From NCBI GenBank assembly GCA_945889545.1, contig CAMDCC010000003.1, forward strand, positions 1 to 33,725: 33,725 bases of DNA. The letters run 5' to 3'. The stretch is from Bifidobacterium breve (GTDB lineage Bacteria > Actinomycetota > Acidimicrobiia > IMCC26256 > PALSA-555). The position numbers and the translations under genes were made by a program. Positions within the stretch are counted from its first letter, which is position 1. Each line of letters begins with the position of its first letter. The notes under the pieces are model-generated. The model saw only the letters and a program-made list of their open reading frames with translations. It was not told where the DNA came from and made no database searches. This document shows positions 7,907 to 16,853 of this stretch, piece after piece.

Positions 7907-9091
7907 ATGCCCGGCTCCGTCATCGTCTCGACGGCCCGCACTCCCATCGGCAAGCTCTCCGGCGCGCTCGCGTCGATGAGCGCCATGGACCTCGGCGGTG
8001 TCGCCATCAAGGCCGCGCTCGAGCGCGGCGGCGTCGGCCCTGAGCAGGTCGACTACGTGATCATGGGTCAGGTGCTCGGCGCGGGCCAAGGGCAGATCAC
8101 CGCGCGCCAAGCCGCGGCAAACGCGGGCATCCCGATGACCGTTCCCGCGCTCACCGTGAACAAGGTGTGCTTGTCGGGCATGAACGCGATCTACCTCGCC
8201 GATCAGATGGTGCAAGCTGGCGACGCCGAAGTGGTGGTGTGCGGTGGCATGGAGTCGATGACGAACGCGCCGTACCTGCTGCCCGGCGCGCGCGCCGGCC
8301 TGCGCATGGGCAACTCGGAGATTGTCGACTCACTCATCCAAGACGGTCTGTGGTGCGCGTTCGACGCGGTGCACATGGGCACCGGCACCGAGAAGTACGT
8401 GGGCGAGTTCGGTGGTCTCACCCGCGAGCTCATGGACGACGCCGCGGCCAAGAGCCACGAGCGCGCCGCCGCCGCGGCCAAGGAAGGCCGCTTCGCCGAC
8501 GAGATCACGCCGGTCGCGATCCCCCAGCGCAAGGGCGACCCAATCATGTTCGAGGTGGATGAGGGCGTCCGCCCGGAGACCACCACCGAGTCGCTCGGCG
8601 CCCTGCGCCCGGCGTTCGGCAAGGAGGGCGCGATCACGGCCGGCAACGCCTCGCAGATCTCCGATGGCGGCGCCGCCCTGGTGGTCACCAGCACCGAGAA
8701 GGCCGAGGAGCTGGGGCTCACGCCCATCGCCGAGCTCGTGAGCTTCGGCATGGTGGCCGGGCCCGACACCTCGCTGCTCACCCAGCCCTCGCGGGCGATC
8801 AAGCGGGCGCTCGAGCAGATCGACAAGCCCGTTTCGGCCATCGACCTCTTCGAGCTGAACGAAGCGTTCGCTGCGGTCGGGCTGGCGGCGATGAAGGACC
8901 TCGGCATCTCCGACGACGTCGTCAACGTGAACGGCGGCGCGATCGCGCTCGGTCACCCGATCGGCATGTCGGGTGCGCGCCTGGTCATCACGCTCGTCAA
9001 CGAGCTGCGCCGACGGGGCGCGTCGCTCGGCGCCGCAGCATTGTGCGGTGGCGGCGGTCAAGGCGACGCCGCGATCGTGCGCGCGCTGTAA
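7907..9091 (+). CDS. Acetyl-CoA C-acetyltransferase (thiolase)
   Basis: NKVCLSG, GGMESM, TAGNASQISDG, ELNEAFA, NVNGGAIALGHPIG, LCGGGGQG motifs. Confidence 0.95.
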   Translation: MPGSVIVSTARTPIGKLSGALASMSAMDLGGVAIKAALERGGVGPEQVDYVIMGQVLGAGQGQITARQAAANAGIPMTVPALTVNKVCLSGMNAIYLADQMVQAGDAEVVVCGGMESMTNAPYLLPGARAGLRMGNSEIVDSLIQDGLWCAFDAVHMGTGTEKYVGEFGGLTRELMDDAAAKSHERAAAAAKEGRFADEITPVAIPQRKGDPIMFEVDEGVRPETTTESLGALRPAFGKEGAITAGNASQISDGGAALVVTSTEKAEELGLTPIAELVSFGMVAGPDTSLLTQPSRAIKRALEQIDKPVSAIDLFELNEAFAAVGLAAMKDLGISDDVVNVNGGAIALGHPIGMSGARLVITLVNELRRRGASLGAAALCGGGGQGDAAIVRAL

Positions 9092-9136
9092 TCCGCGACC
9101 TGCAGTCGCGAGCCCACGCTCCCCGTCACAGACCCT

Positions 9137-10690
9137 GTGCGAGTTCGCGCGCGTCACTGGGTGATCGCGGCCGCGGTCGTGCTGCTGGTGTTCGCCGCGG
9201 GCTGTCAGCCGGAGATCGACTTCGATGTCGACGGGCGTCAGTCGCAGATCGACCGGGTGGTGGTCACGGCCGTCCTCGATGTCGCCGGCGTCGTCCACGT
9301 GCAGCAGCGGTACACGTTCGCCTCGGCCGACGGCGGCACGGTCGCGTTTCCCGACCTGGTTAAGGGCGTGACGTTCCTCCCCGGCGCGTCAAACATCACG
9401 CTCGACGGCGAGCCGGTCACACCGGTGGAAGCCACATTCCAGGCGCAGCTGCGGATCACGAAGCGCACCGCGACGGTCGGGTGGGACCTCACTGGTGTCG
9501 TCCAGCGCTACCAGGACATCGCGGTCCTCGACTTCGACGTGCTGACCGCGCCGAACGACGCCTCCCGCCAGGACCCCGACGTCGATCTCTCCGGCACGCT
9601 CTCGCTGCCCGAAGTCGCGTTGGCGGGAGTTGCGGAGGATGTGATCGAGCCGCACCTGCACGGCGGGCGAGATCGCTCGGTTACCGTCGCCGGCCGCGTC
9701 ATCCGGTTCTCGTCGTAGGCACCGATCTGGATGCCGCGCCAGGAGCTCGACGTGGCCCTCCCGAGCGGCCTCCTGCCGTATGTGGAGGCGATCCCCACCA
9801 CGTTCCTCTCGTCGTTCCAGCTCACGCAGTCGATCCGGGACACCGCCGACGAGACCACCGAGCGCACACTCGGGTCGCTCGACACTCAATCCGACGTGGT
9901 GCGCTGGATCCTCACCGGTCTTGCGTTCGGCCTGCCCGCCATCTTCTGGCTGCTCGTCGTCAAGGTGCTCCTCGTTCGGTTCCGAGACCGGCGCCGAGTG
10001 GTCGGCGATGTGCCGAAGGAGCTCGTCGATCCGCCGAGCGCGGCGGACCCGGCGGTCGTGGCCGTGCTTAAAGGCGAAGGACGCCCGGATCGCACGGCCG
10101 TGGCCGGCACGATCCTCGCGATGGCCGCTCGGAAGGCCGTCGACATCCAGGCCTACGGCGATCGACTCGTGGTGAAGATCCCGCTCGGCTTGTCTGGCGC
10201 CAACACGTCGGAGCAGCTCGTGCTCAACGCGCTCCGGGCGGAGGCCTCGCCCGAGGGCGTGATCGAAGGCCCACCGGTGTGGCGCGGCTCGACGCGCTGG
10301 TTCCGCGCCTTCCGCCGCGACGCCGTGAAGCGGGCGCGTGACGAGGGGATGGTGACGCGCTGGATGCCGCTGCTGCCGCTCACGGGTGCGCTCACCACCA
10401 CCGGCGTGGGCATCGGGATCTTCTTCTTCACCGAACCGGTCGTGTACACCGCGATCGTGATGAGCGTGCAGGTGATCGCGTGGGTTGTGTCGTTCATCTC
10501 CGGGTGGACGCTCACCGACGCCGGGTGGCGCAACCGCGCGGTGTGGCACTCGTTCGCGCGCTACATCAAGAACCAGGGCAAGCTCGACACAGACGTCGGC
10601 CCGGCCGGTGTCGTGATATGGGGTCCGTACCTCGTGTACGGCGCCGTACTGGGCGAAGCCGACGGCGCGACGCGCCCGTTGACTCCCTGA
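9137..10690 (+). pseudogene. DUF2207-like membrane protein interrupted by an in-frame TAG at 9716-9718 (ORFs 9137-9718 and 9731-10690)
   Basis: Both ORFs share a frame; N-terminal beta-rich domain with AAGC lipobox-like signal; C-terminal PP..DPAVVAVL, GTILAMAARKAV, WHSFARYI, IWGPYLVYGAVLG typical of DUF2207. Confidence 0.7.
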
Positions 10691-10707
10691 GGTCAGTTCG
10701 CGTGCGG

Positions 10708-10736
10708 TTGACATTGAGCACTGGTCAGCCAACACT
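10708..10736 (+). promoter_or_regulatory. Putative sigma70-type promoter TTGACA-N17-AACACT with a small palindrome (TGAGCACTGGTCA) in the spacer
   Basis: Perfect -35, weak -10; upstream of the 10774 ORF. Confidence 0.35.
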
Positions 10737-10773
10737 CGTCCCGGAACGCCGGGCGGGAACGAAAGGGCACCCT

Positions 10774-11247
10774 ATGGCCTCGTCTCAGACGGTCTCGCCT
10801 CCCGAAGCACGCGCCGCCGTCAATCCGCTGCGCTTTGTCCTGTCGTATCTCGCGACCCTGCTCTCGTACTTCCTCGCATTCGTGAGCTTCCTGGTGGCCA
10901 TCCCGTGGGCCGGGCTCCGAGGTGTGAGTGACTGGCTCGAGGGAAAGGGCGGGAAGACCGCATCGGGCGCCGCGCCCATGTATGCGGTGCTGGGTTTCCC
11001 GTTCCGAGTCGGTGCGCTCGCCACCACGATCCCTTTCTGGCCACTCTGGAATGCAGGCGCGCCGTATCGCCAGGTGCGGCTCGGACCCTCGGGACTCGGA
11101 CGCTCCGTCGCCATGATCCTGTCACTCGCCTGCTGGCCGGTGTTCGTCAAGCCGCCGTGGTTCGAGAATTTCATGCGTGCGTTCACGGACACGCTCCGTA
11201 CGGGACGAGATCACGCAATCGATGGGAGCGGTCCAATCGGACCATGA
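10774..11247 (+). CDS. Hypothetical membrane protein (157 aa)
   Basis: ATG after GAAAGGG; several hydrophobic Trp/Pro-rich segments; no family recognised. Confidence 0.6.
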   Translation: MASSQTVSPPEARAAVNPLRFVLSYLATLLSYFLAFVSFLVAIPWAGLRGVSDWLEGKGGKTASGAAPMYAVLGFPFRVGALATTIPFWPLWNAGAPYRQVRLGPSGLGRSVAMILSLACWPVFVKPPWFENFMRAFTDTLRTGRDHAIDGSGPIGP

Positions 11248-11256
11248 CGCGGGGCG

Positions 11257-11298
11257 TTACGCGTTGACCTCGCGACGACCTTCGAACGCGCGGCCGAG
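11257..11298 (-). repeat. Displaced copy of the recR 3' end (direct repeat of 12756-12797)
   Basis: 38/42 nt identical; encodes [13 protein letters not shown] versus rec[14 protein letters not shown]. Confidence 0.9.
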
Positions 11299-11329
11299 TT
11301 CGCTGGTCAAGCGCCTACGCTCCCCCGTC

Positions 11330-11716
11330 ATGCTCCTGACGACGCCGGCCCGGCGTCGCACCCGAGGCCTCGCCTCCATCGATGCTCGCACTGCTCGCTT
11401 CCTTGCCGGCGGGCTGCTCGGTGTCGCTGCGCTACGGCCGATGATGGGAGTCGACCTCACTCCAACGTGCCCGTTGCGCTCGATCACCGGCGTCCCGTGC
11501 CCGCTGTGTGGCACGGCGCGTGGCGTGGACGCGCTCGTGCACGGCGACCTGGGGCGAGCGCTCGTGCTCAATCCCGGAGTGCTGCTCCTTGCCGCGGCCA
11601 CGCTCTTCCTCATGGTGCAGTGGCGGATGCCACGGGTGACCGTCCCGGTCCGGACGATCGCCGGTGTGCTCGCTGTGCTCTGGATCTGGCAGCTGGCCGG
11701 GTTCTCGACCGCTTGA
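11330..11716 (+). CDS. DUF2752 family membrane protein
   Basis: CPLRSITGVPCPLCGTARGVDALVHGD...NP signature. Confidence 0.85.
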   Translation: MLLTTPARRRTRGLASIDARTARFLAGGLLGVAALRPMMGVDLTPTCPLRSITGVPCPLCGTARGVDALVHGDLGRALVLNPGVLLLAAATLFLMVQWRMPRVTVPVRTIAGVLAVLWIWQLAGFSTA

Positions 11717-11762
11717 TCACGATCACGATCACGAATCGCTCGCCCAACACCTAGGAGTCTCG

Positions 11763-12476
11763 ATGACGCAGCCGCCACCACCACCACCCGGTACGCCACC
11801 GCCCCCGCCGCCTGGGACGCCACCGCCCGGCAGCGGTTGGGGTCAGGCGCCTGCTGCGGGATCGTTCCGAGTGGGCGAAGCCATCTCGTACGGCTGGACC
11901 GTCTACTGGCAGAACGCCGGACCGATGATCGTGCTGGCGCTCGTGATCTTCGGCGTGAACATGGCCATCGGTCTGGCTGGCAGCAACTTCGACAACGCGA
12001 CGAGCCAGGTGCTGCTCAACATCATCAGCTTCCTGATCGGGATCATCCTCGCCATGGGGCTCATCCGGGCGTCGCTGGCGGTGGTGTCGGGCGGCACGCC
12101 AGCCGTCGCCATGTTGTTCCTGACCGAAGGGTTCGGTGCCTACTTCCTGGCGTCGATCTTGGTCGGCATCGGCGTGGTGCTCGGCATGATCGCTCTCATC
12201 GTCCCCGGGATCATCCTGGCGATCATGTGGCACTTCTTCGGCTACGTGATCGTGGAGGACCCATCAACGGGCGCCCTCGACGCGATGCGGCGATCGGCGG
12301 AGATCACTCGGGGCCACCGCTGGCAGCTCCTCGGGCTCGGGTTCGCCCTGCTCGGCCTCAACATCCTTGGGCTCCTGCTCTGCATCGTGCCCATCATCTT
12401 CACCTACGGCATCACTGCGATCACCGTGGCCTACACCTACAGGCACCTCACCGGTCAGGCGGTGGTCCAGCCATGA
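11763..12476 (+). CDS. Integral membrane protein with Pro-rich N-terminus (DUF975-like)
   Basis: AGGAG RBS; (PPPPPPGT)x2; GEAISYGW, LIVPGIILA, ALDAMRRSAEITRG pattern. Confidence 0.8.
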   Translation: MTQPPPPPPGTPPPPPPGTPPPGSGWGQAPAAGSFRVGEAISYGWTVYWQNAGPMIVLALVIFGVNMAIGLAGSNFDNATSQVLLNIISFLIGIILAMGLIRASLAVVSGGTPAVAMLFLTEGFGAYFLASILVGIGVVLGMIALIVPGIILAIMWHFFGYVIVEDPSTGALDAMRRSAEITRGHRWQLLGLGFALLGLNILGLLLCIVPIIFTYGITAITVAYTYRHLTGQAVVQP

Positions 12477-12500
12477 CGGGGAGGTCTGGCCCTCCCCGTC
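12475..12500. terminator. Stem-loop GACGGGGAGG-N6-CCTCCCCGTC between convergent genes
   Basis: Perfect 10-bp inverted repeat at the stop of the 11763 gene. Confidence 0.6.
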
Positions 12501-12724
12501 GGCCCCTCCCAGCGCCGCTCGAGCCGCGGCTCTGAGGTTCCGAGGCGCAAGCCGCCTCGGGGCGACCCCCGAGCTCACGGACTCGGGATTTCTTTGGTCA
12601 CGACTCGACTCGCTCGGTGACCTGTCGGCGATCACCGACGCCGACACGTTGCGCGCTGCACTCGCCCGCCTGTGCGCCGTCGATTCCAGTCGCGCCGGCA
12701 CCGCCTGACGCTCCCCAGTTCTTC

Positions 12725-12767
12725 ACGCGTCGACTACGCGTCGACTACGCGTCGACTACGCGTCGAC
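12725..12767. repeat. 11-bp tandem repeat ACGCGTCGACT x4 over the recR stop codon
   Basis: Copies at 12725, 12736, 12747 and 12758. Confidence 0.95.
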
Positions 12768-13361
12768 CTCGCGGCGTCCTTCGAACGCGCGGCCGAGCGT
12801 GACCTCGTCGGCGTACTCGAGATCCCCCCCGACCGGCAGGCCACTCGCGATGCGGGTGATGCGAATGCCGAGCGGCTTGAGCACCTTCGCCACGTACATT
12901 GCCGTGGTCTCGCCTTCGATGTTGGGGTTCGTAGCGAGGATCACCTCTTGCACACCTTCTTCCCCGACGCGCCGGACGAGCTCCTTCACGCGGAGCTGTT
13001 CCGGTCCGATCCCCTCGATGGGTGAGATGGCGCCCTGGAGCACGTGATACCGACCGTGAAACTCGTGGGTGCGCTCGACCGCGACGATGTCGGGCGCTTC
13101 CTGGACCACGCACAACAGCGAGGGGTCGCGGCGATCGTCGCGGCAGAACGTGCACAGCTCGCCTTCGGCCATGTTGAAACAGCGCCGACACCACGTGATG
13201 CGGGCCTTGGCCTCGGTGATGGCCTTGGCCAGACGGTTGGCGTCTTCGGGGGCGACCTTCAGCAGGTAGAACGCGACGCGCTGCGCCGACTTCGGGCCGA
13301 TGCCCGGAAGCCGACCGAGCTCGTCGATGAGCGTTTGTACTGGTCCTTCATGCAGCGCCAC
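12756..13361 (-). CDS. recR: Recombination mediator RecR
   Basis: [12 protein letters not shown]4 zinc finger, [38 protein letters not shown]. Confidence 0.97.
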   Translation of the reverse strand: MALHEGPVQTLIDELGRLPGIGPKSAQRVAFYLLKVAPEDANRLAKAITEAKARITWCRRCFNMAEGELCTFCRDDRRDPSLLCVVQEAPDIVAVERTHEFHGRYHVLQGAISPIEGIGPEQLRVKELVRRVGEEGVQEVILATNPNIEGETTAMYVAKVLKPLGIRITRIASGLPVGGDLEYADEVTLGRAFEGRREVDA

Positions 13362-13377
13362 GGGGAGTAGGTCGGGC

Positions 13378-13734
13378 TCAGCCGAGGAGGCCGTCGAGCG
13401 CGCCCATGTCGATTCCCTCGGTGACCGAGCCCATGCGCTGCGTGGCCAGGCCCTGCGCGGCGCGCTGCGCCTCGGTGACGAGCGCGAGCACGAGGTCTTC
13501 GAGCATCTCGACGTCGTCGGGATCGACCACCGACGGGTTGATGGTGATCGATCGGATCTCGCCGGCGCCGGTGACGACGGCCTTGACCATTCCGCCGCCC
13601 GCGGAGACCTCGACGGTCTCTTCGGCCAGGGCCGACTGCGCGGCAGCCATGTCGGCTTGCATCTTCTGCACCTGCGCCATCATCTGGTTGAGCTGCCCGC
13701 TCTGGCCGCCACCCGCTGGCTTCTGCTTCGCCAA
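13378..13734 (-). CDS. ybaB: YbaB/EbfC nucleoid-associated protein
   Basis: [33 protein letters not shown]; dnaX-ybaB-recR synteny. Confidence 0.95.
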   Translation of the reverse strand: MAKQKPAGGGQSGQLNQMMAQVQKMQADMAAAQSALAEETVEVSAGGGMVKAVVTGAGEIRSITINPSVVDPDDVEMLEDLVLALVTEAQRAAQGLATQRMGSVTEGIDMGALDGLLG

Positions 13735-13762
13735 GTTCCTTACATCCTTCTCGTGTTCACGT

Positions 13763-15655
13763 TCACGTGCCCGCGCCGCGCGGGACCTCTTCGACGACGG
13801 TAGCGCCGAGCTGTTGCTCTAACAGGGTGACGGTCGTGGGTGCACCGTCCGGGACGTCGGTGTTCAGTGAGAGGTCGATGTCGGCGATCTCCTCCATCTC
13901 GGGGGATTCGTCGCTGAACGGCTCGACCGGATGAGACGGCGGATCAGACAGTGGATCAGATGGCGGGTCGGGCGGAGGCGCCGAAGGCATCGCATCGGCT
14001 GCGGGCGGCTGCCCGCCGCTGAGTGCGAACTCGTCGGCCGGCTCGAGGTTGAAACGGACCGTGCGCCCCAGACGGTGTGCGAGCGCAGCGCGAATGGTGT
14101 CGGCTTCCTTCTTGAAGCGCGGTTTCGCCGCTTCGATCATCGCCGGCGGTACGCCAAAGACCACGACGTCGTCGTCGACCCGAAGCGGTTGTGCGTTCTG
14201 CACCGCGCTGCGCGTGGCAACCGGGAGCTCCGGCAGGATCGCGCTCCACGCCACGATCACATCGTCGACCTCGAGCGGCGTGGTGGGCGCCTCGGGCTTC
14301 GGGTCCGGTGCGGGTTCCGGCTCAGGCTCAGGCTCGGGTTCCGGCGCCGGGTCGGTTGGCGCCTCGGCCGCTTCAGCCCGCAGCGCGCCCAGCGTTCGGC
14401 GCGGCGACGGTGCGGTGCCGCCTTCCGGCGGAGCGGTGCCCGATGGTGCGGTGCCCATCGACCGGGCCGGTGACCGAGTCGGCACTGGCGTGTCGCCGCC
14501 GGCCATCGCGCGCTCGAGCCGCTCGATGCGCTCGACCACGGTTTGGAGCGGCGGGCCCGCGTCGCGCCGACTGAGTCGCACGAGCGCTACTTCGAGCACG
14601 AGGCGCGGATCCGCGGCCTCAGTGCCCCGCATGTCGGTGACAGCCTGTCCGAGCGTCTCGATCACGCGCACCAGCGCGGCGTTGCCGAGCGCGAGGCCGA
14701 GCTCACGCAAACGCTCCTGCTCTGCTTCCGGCGCGTCGACCCGCACGCGACCAGCACCGGCCGTGAGGAGGAACGCGTCTCGTGCCGTCGCGAGGAGATT
14801 CTCGGCGGCGCGGCGGGGCTCGTGACCAGCTTCGAGCAGCTCACCGAGAGCTACGAGCGCACCGGGCGAGTCTTCGCCGGCAATCGCTTCGAGGATGCGC
14901 ACCCGCAAGGGGAACGGTGCACCACCGAACAGAGCCGCGACCGCTTCGGCCTCGAGCGGGCCGGTCTCGTGCGCGAGGACCTGATCGAGCAGCGACTCTG
15001 CGTCGCGGGCCGAGCCCGCGCCGGCCGCGGCGATCACCTCGAGCGCTTCTGGGTCGGCCTTCACGCCCTCGCGGCTGCAGAGATCGCCGAGGCGTTGTAC
15101 GAGCTGATCGACAGACAGGAGGGTGAACTCGAAGTGCTGGGTGCGCGACCGGATCGTCGGCAGCACCTTCTCCGGGTTTGTGGTGGCCAGCACGAACACC
15201 ACGTGACTCGGCGTCTCCTCCAACGTCTTGAGCAACGCATTGGCCGCCGGGTCGGTGAGCATGTGGACCTCGTCGAGCACGTACACCTTCGTGCGGGACG
15301 CGGCACCCATCCCGAGCGTGGAGCTCTCGATCACGTCGCGGATGTTGTCGATACCCCGGTTCGACGCAGCATCGAGCTCGAAGAAATCAAGGAAACGACC
15401 CGCCGAGATCGCCGTGCAGTTCTCGCACTCACCGCACGGCTCGCCCTCGGACCCGAGGTTCGTGCAGTTCAGTGCCTTCGCAAGGATGCGCGCGGTGGTG
15501 GTCTTGCCGGTTCCGCGTGGCCCCGAGAACAGGTAGGCGTGCCCGACGCGCTCGTCGCGCACCGCATTGCGCAACCCAGTCGTGACGTGCTCCTGGCCCA
15601 CGAGCTCATCAAAGCGCTGCGGCCGGTACTTCCGATAGAGGGATTGGTACGCCAC
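13763..15655 (-). CDS. dnaX: DNA polymerase III subunit gamma/tau
   Basis: GTG start VAYQSLYRKYRP; GPRGTGKTT Walker A, ELDAASNRG, DEVHML, TIRSR. Confidence 0.96.
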   Translation of the reverse strand: MAYQSLYRKYRPQRFDELVGQEHVTTGLRNAVRDERVGHAYLFSGPRGTGKTTTARILAKALNCTNLGSEGEPCGECENCTAISAGRFLDFFELDAASNRGIDNIRDVIESSTLGMGAASRTKVYVLDEVHMLTDPAANALLKTLEETPSHVVFVLATTNPEKVLPTIRSRTQHFEFTLLSVDQLVQRLGDLCSREGVKADPEALEVIAAAGAGSARDAESLLDQVLAHETGPLEAEAVAALFGGAPFPLRVRILEAIAGEDSPGALVALGELLEAGHEPRRAAENLLATARDAFLLTAGAGRVRVDAPEAEQERLRELGLALGNAALVRVIETLGQAVTDMRGTEAADPRLVLEVALVRLSRRDAGPPLQTVVERIERLERAMAGGDTPVPTRSPARSMGTAPSGTAPPEGGTAPSPRRTLGALRAEAAEAPTDPAPEPEPEPEPEPAPDPKPEAPTTPLEVDDVIVAWSAILPELPVATRSAVQNAQPLRVDDDVVVFGVPPAMIEAAKPRFKKEADTIRAALAHRLGRTVRFNLEPADEFALSGGQPPAADAMPSAPPPDPPSDPLSDPPSHPVEPFSDESPEMEEIADIDLSLNTDVPDGAPTTVTLLEQQLGATVVEEVPRGAGT

Positions 15656-15749
15656 GGGGCGACTGTATCTACCAAGCGAGCACCCGGATCCATGCCCAGG
15701 CATGCGGCGCCGGAGGCGCTCGCCAGGGAGCGAGCGAGTAGAGAAGTAC

Positions 15750-16020
15750 GGACCGTGCACCCTCCGTCGACCCGAGCACGCCGCGGAACGGTTTCCCGAC
15801 GTAGCTCAGGTCAGGCTTGCCTGCGGCACACAGAACCTTCCGCTGAGAGCTGCTTCCTTCCGGACCTGACTCGGTTCGCGGGATTCCGTTGCGCAGGACC
15901 CGACCCTCAACGCCACGTTGGGACCGATCATGCGGCGGCCCGTTCCTCGGAAGGGGATTCAGCCCCCCATACGTGGATTTGGGGTACAGGGCACCACGAG
16001 CTCCCCACCTAGCACGGTCC
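15750..16020 (-). ncRNA. ffs: Signal recognition particle RNA, large (Alu-domain) type, about 271 nt
   Basis: Helix-8 motif GTCAGGTCCGGAAGGAAGCAGC; 5' GGACCGTGC pairs with 3' GCACGGTCC; 5' region GGGGAG...GGTGCCCTGTACC resembles Bacillus scRNA; upstream of dnaX. Confidence 0.92.
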
Positions 16021-16061
16021 GCGCTGCGAGCGTATCCGGGCCACGTACGATCGCCATCCCG

Positions 16062-16149
16062 GGAGGGATGCGAGAGCGGCCGAATCGGCACGCTTGGAAA
16101 GCGTGTGTGGGGCAACTCACCGTGGGTTCGAATCCCACTCCCTCCGCCA
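16062..16149 (+). tRNA. tRNA-Ser(GGA)
   Basis: GGAGGGA/TCCCTCC acceptor, CACGC-TTGGAAA-GCGTG anticodon arm, long variable arm, GTTCGAATC, G73 + CCA. Confidence 0.97.
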
Positions 16150-16623
16150 ATGGATCTGGATCAGCGATTCGAGCTCATGGGGATTGCGCTCGATGAAGCG
16201 CGCGGCGCATTGGCGCATGACGACGTGCCTGTCGGTGCTTTGGTGTTTGACGTTGGTTCTGGGGAGGTCATCGCGCGGCGGCACAACGAGCGGGAGGCCA
16301 GCTCGGATCCGACTGCGCATGCTGAGGTGTTGGCGCTTCGGGATGCTGCTGCTGCTCGCGGCATGTGGCGGTTGGACGGGTGCGCGCTCGTTGTCACGTT
16401 GGAGCCGTGCCCGATGTGTGCGGGAGCCGCAGTTGCCGCGCGACTCGACTGCGTGGTGTTCGGTGCGGCCGATCCGAAGGCTGGCGCGATGGGATCGCTC
16501 TACAACCTGGGTGCCGATCCTCGACTCAACCACGAGCTCGAAGTGGTCGGTGGCGTACGTGGCGAAGAGTGCGCCGAGCTGCTCAGCACCTTCTTCGCCA
16601 CGCGTCGCACCGCTCGGGACTAG
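16150..16623 (+). CDS. tadA: tRNA adenosine(34) deaminase
   Basis: DVPVGA, DPTAHAE, TLEPCPMCAGA, FGAADPKAGA, RLNH; alternative start at 16177. Confidence 0.93.
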   Translation: MDLDQRFELMGIALDEARGALAHDDVPVGALVFDVGSGEVIARRHNEREASSDPTAHAEVLALRDAAAARGMWRLDGCALVVTLEPCPMCAGAAVAARLDCVVFGAADPKAGAMGSLYNLGADPRLNHELEVVGGVRGEECAELLSTFFATRRTARD

Positions 16624-16709
16624 CCCTGGAAGGCGCCACATGACGCGAGGTGGCGGAGGTCGCAGATCACTTCGGAGAGTTCCCGCGACGACCCCGTACA
16701 ATCGGCCGG

Positions 16710-16797
16710 GGAGGGGTGCGAGAGCGGCCGACTCGGATGGTCTCGAAAACCATTGTGGCGCAAGTCACCGTGGGTTCAAATCCCACCCCCTCCGCCA
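16710..16797 (+). tRNA. tRNA-Ser(CGA)
   Basis: GGAGGGG/CCCCTCC acceptor, ATGGT-CTCGAAA-ACCAT anticodon arm, variable arm, GTTCAAATC, CCA; TACAAT -10 at 16697-16702. Confidence 0.97.
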
Positions 16798-16826
16798 AGA
16801 GCCCCGGGTACGCCCGGGGCTCTTTC
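16798..16826 (+). terminator. Intrinsic terminator, probably bidirectional (tRNA / metF)
   Basis: AGAGCCCCGGG-TACG-CCCGGGGCTCT-TT. Confidence 0.85.
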
Positions 16827-16853
16827 GCGTCCCGTTACAAGCCCGCGCCCGCG

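Noticed and set aside
9716-9718. Pyrrolysine or genome-wide TAG recoding
   Set aside because: No pyl genes in the window, and TAG terminates conserved genes here at their expected ends
11257-11823. 188-aa minus-strand ORF ending like RecR, as a recR paralog
   Set aside because: Only the last 13 codons match; the rest is the antisense of the DUF2752 gene
13763-15655. Programmed -1 frameshift in dnaX
   Set aside because: No AAAAAAG or long A-run slippery site seen on the coding strand
15656-16149. ORF-track N-terminal extensions of dnaX (15760) and tadA (15889)
   Set aside because: They run into or through the SRP RNA and tRNA genes; conserved protein motifs begin at 15655 and 16150
16062-16797. 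tRNA-anchored genomic island with attL/attR
   Set aside because: Both tRNAs are complete with different anticodons; the enclosed gene is housekeeping tadA; no integrase
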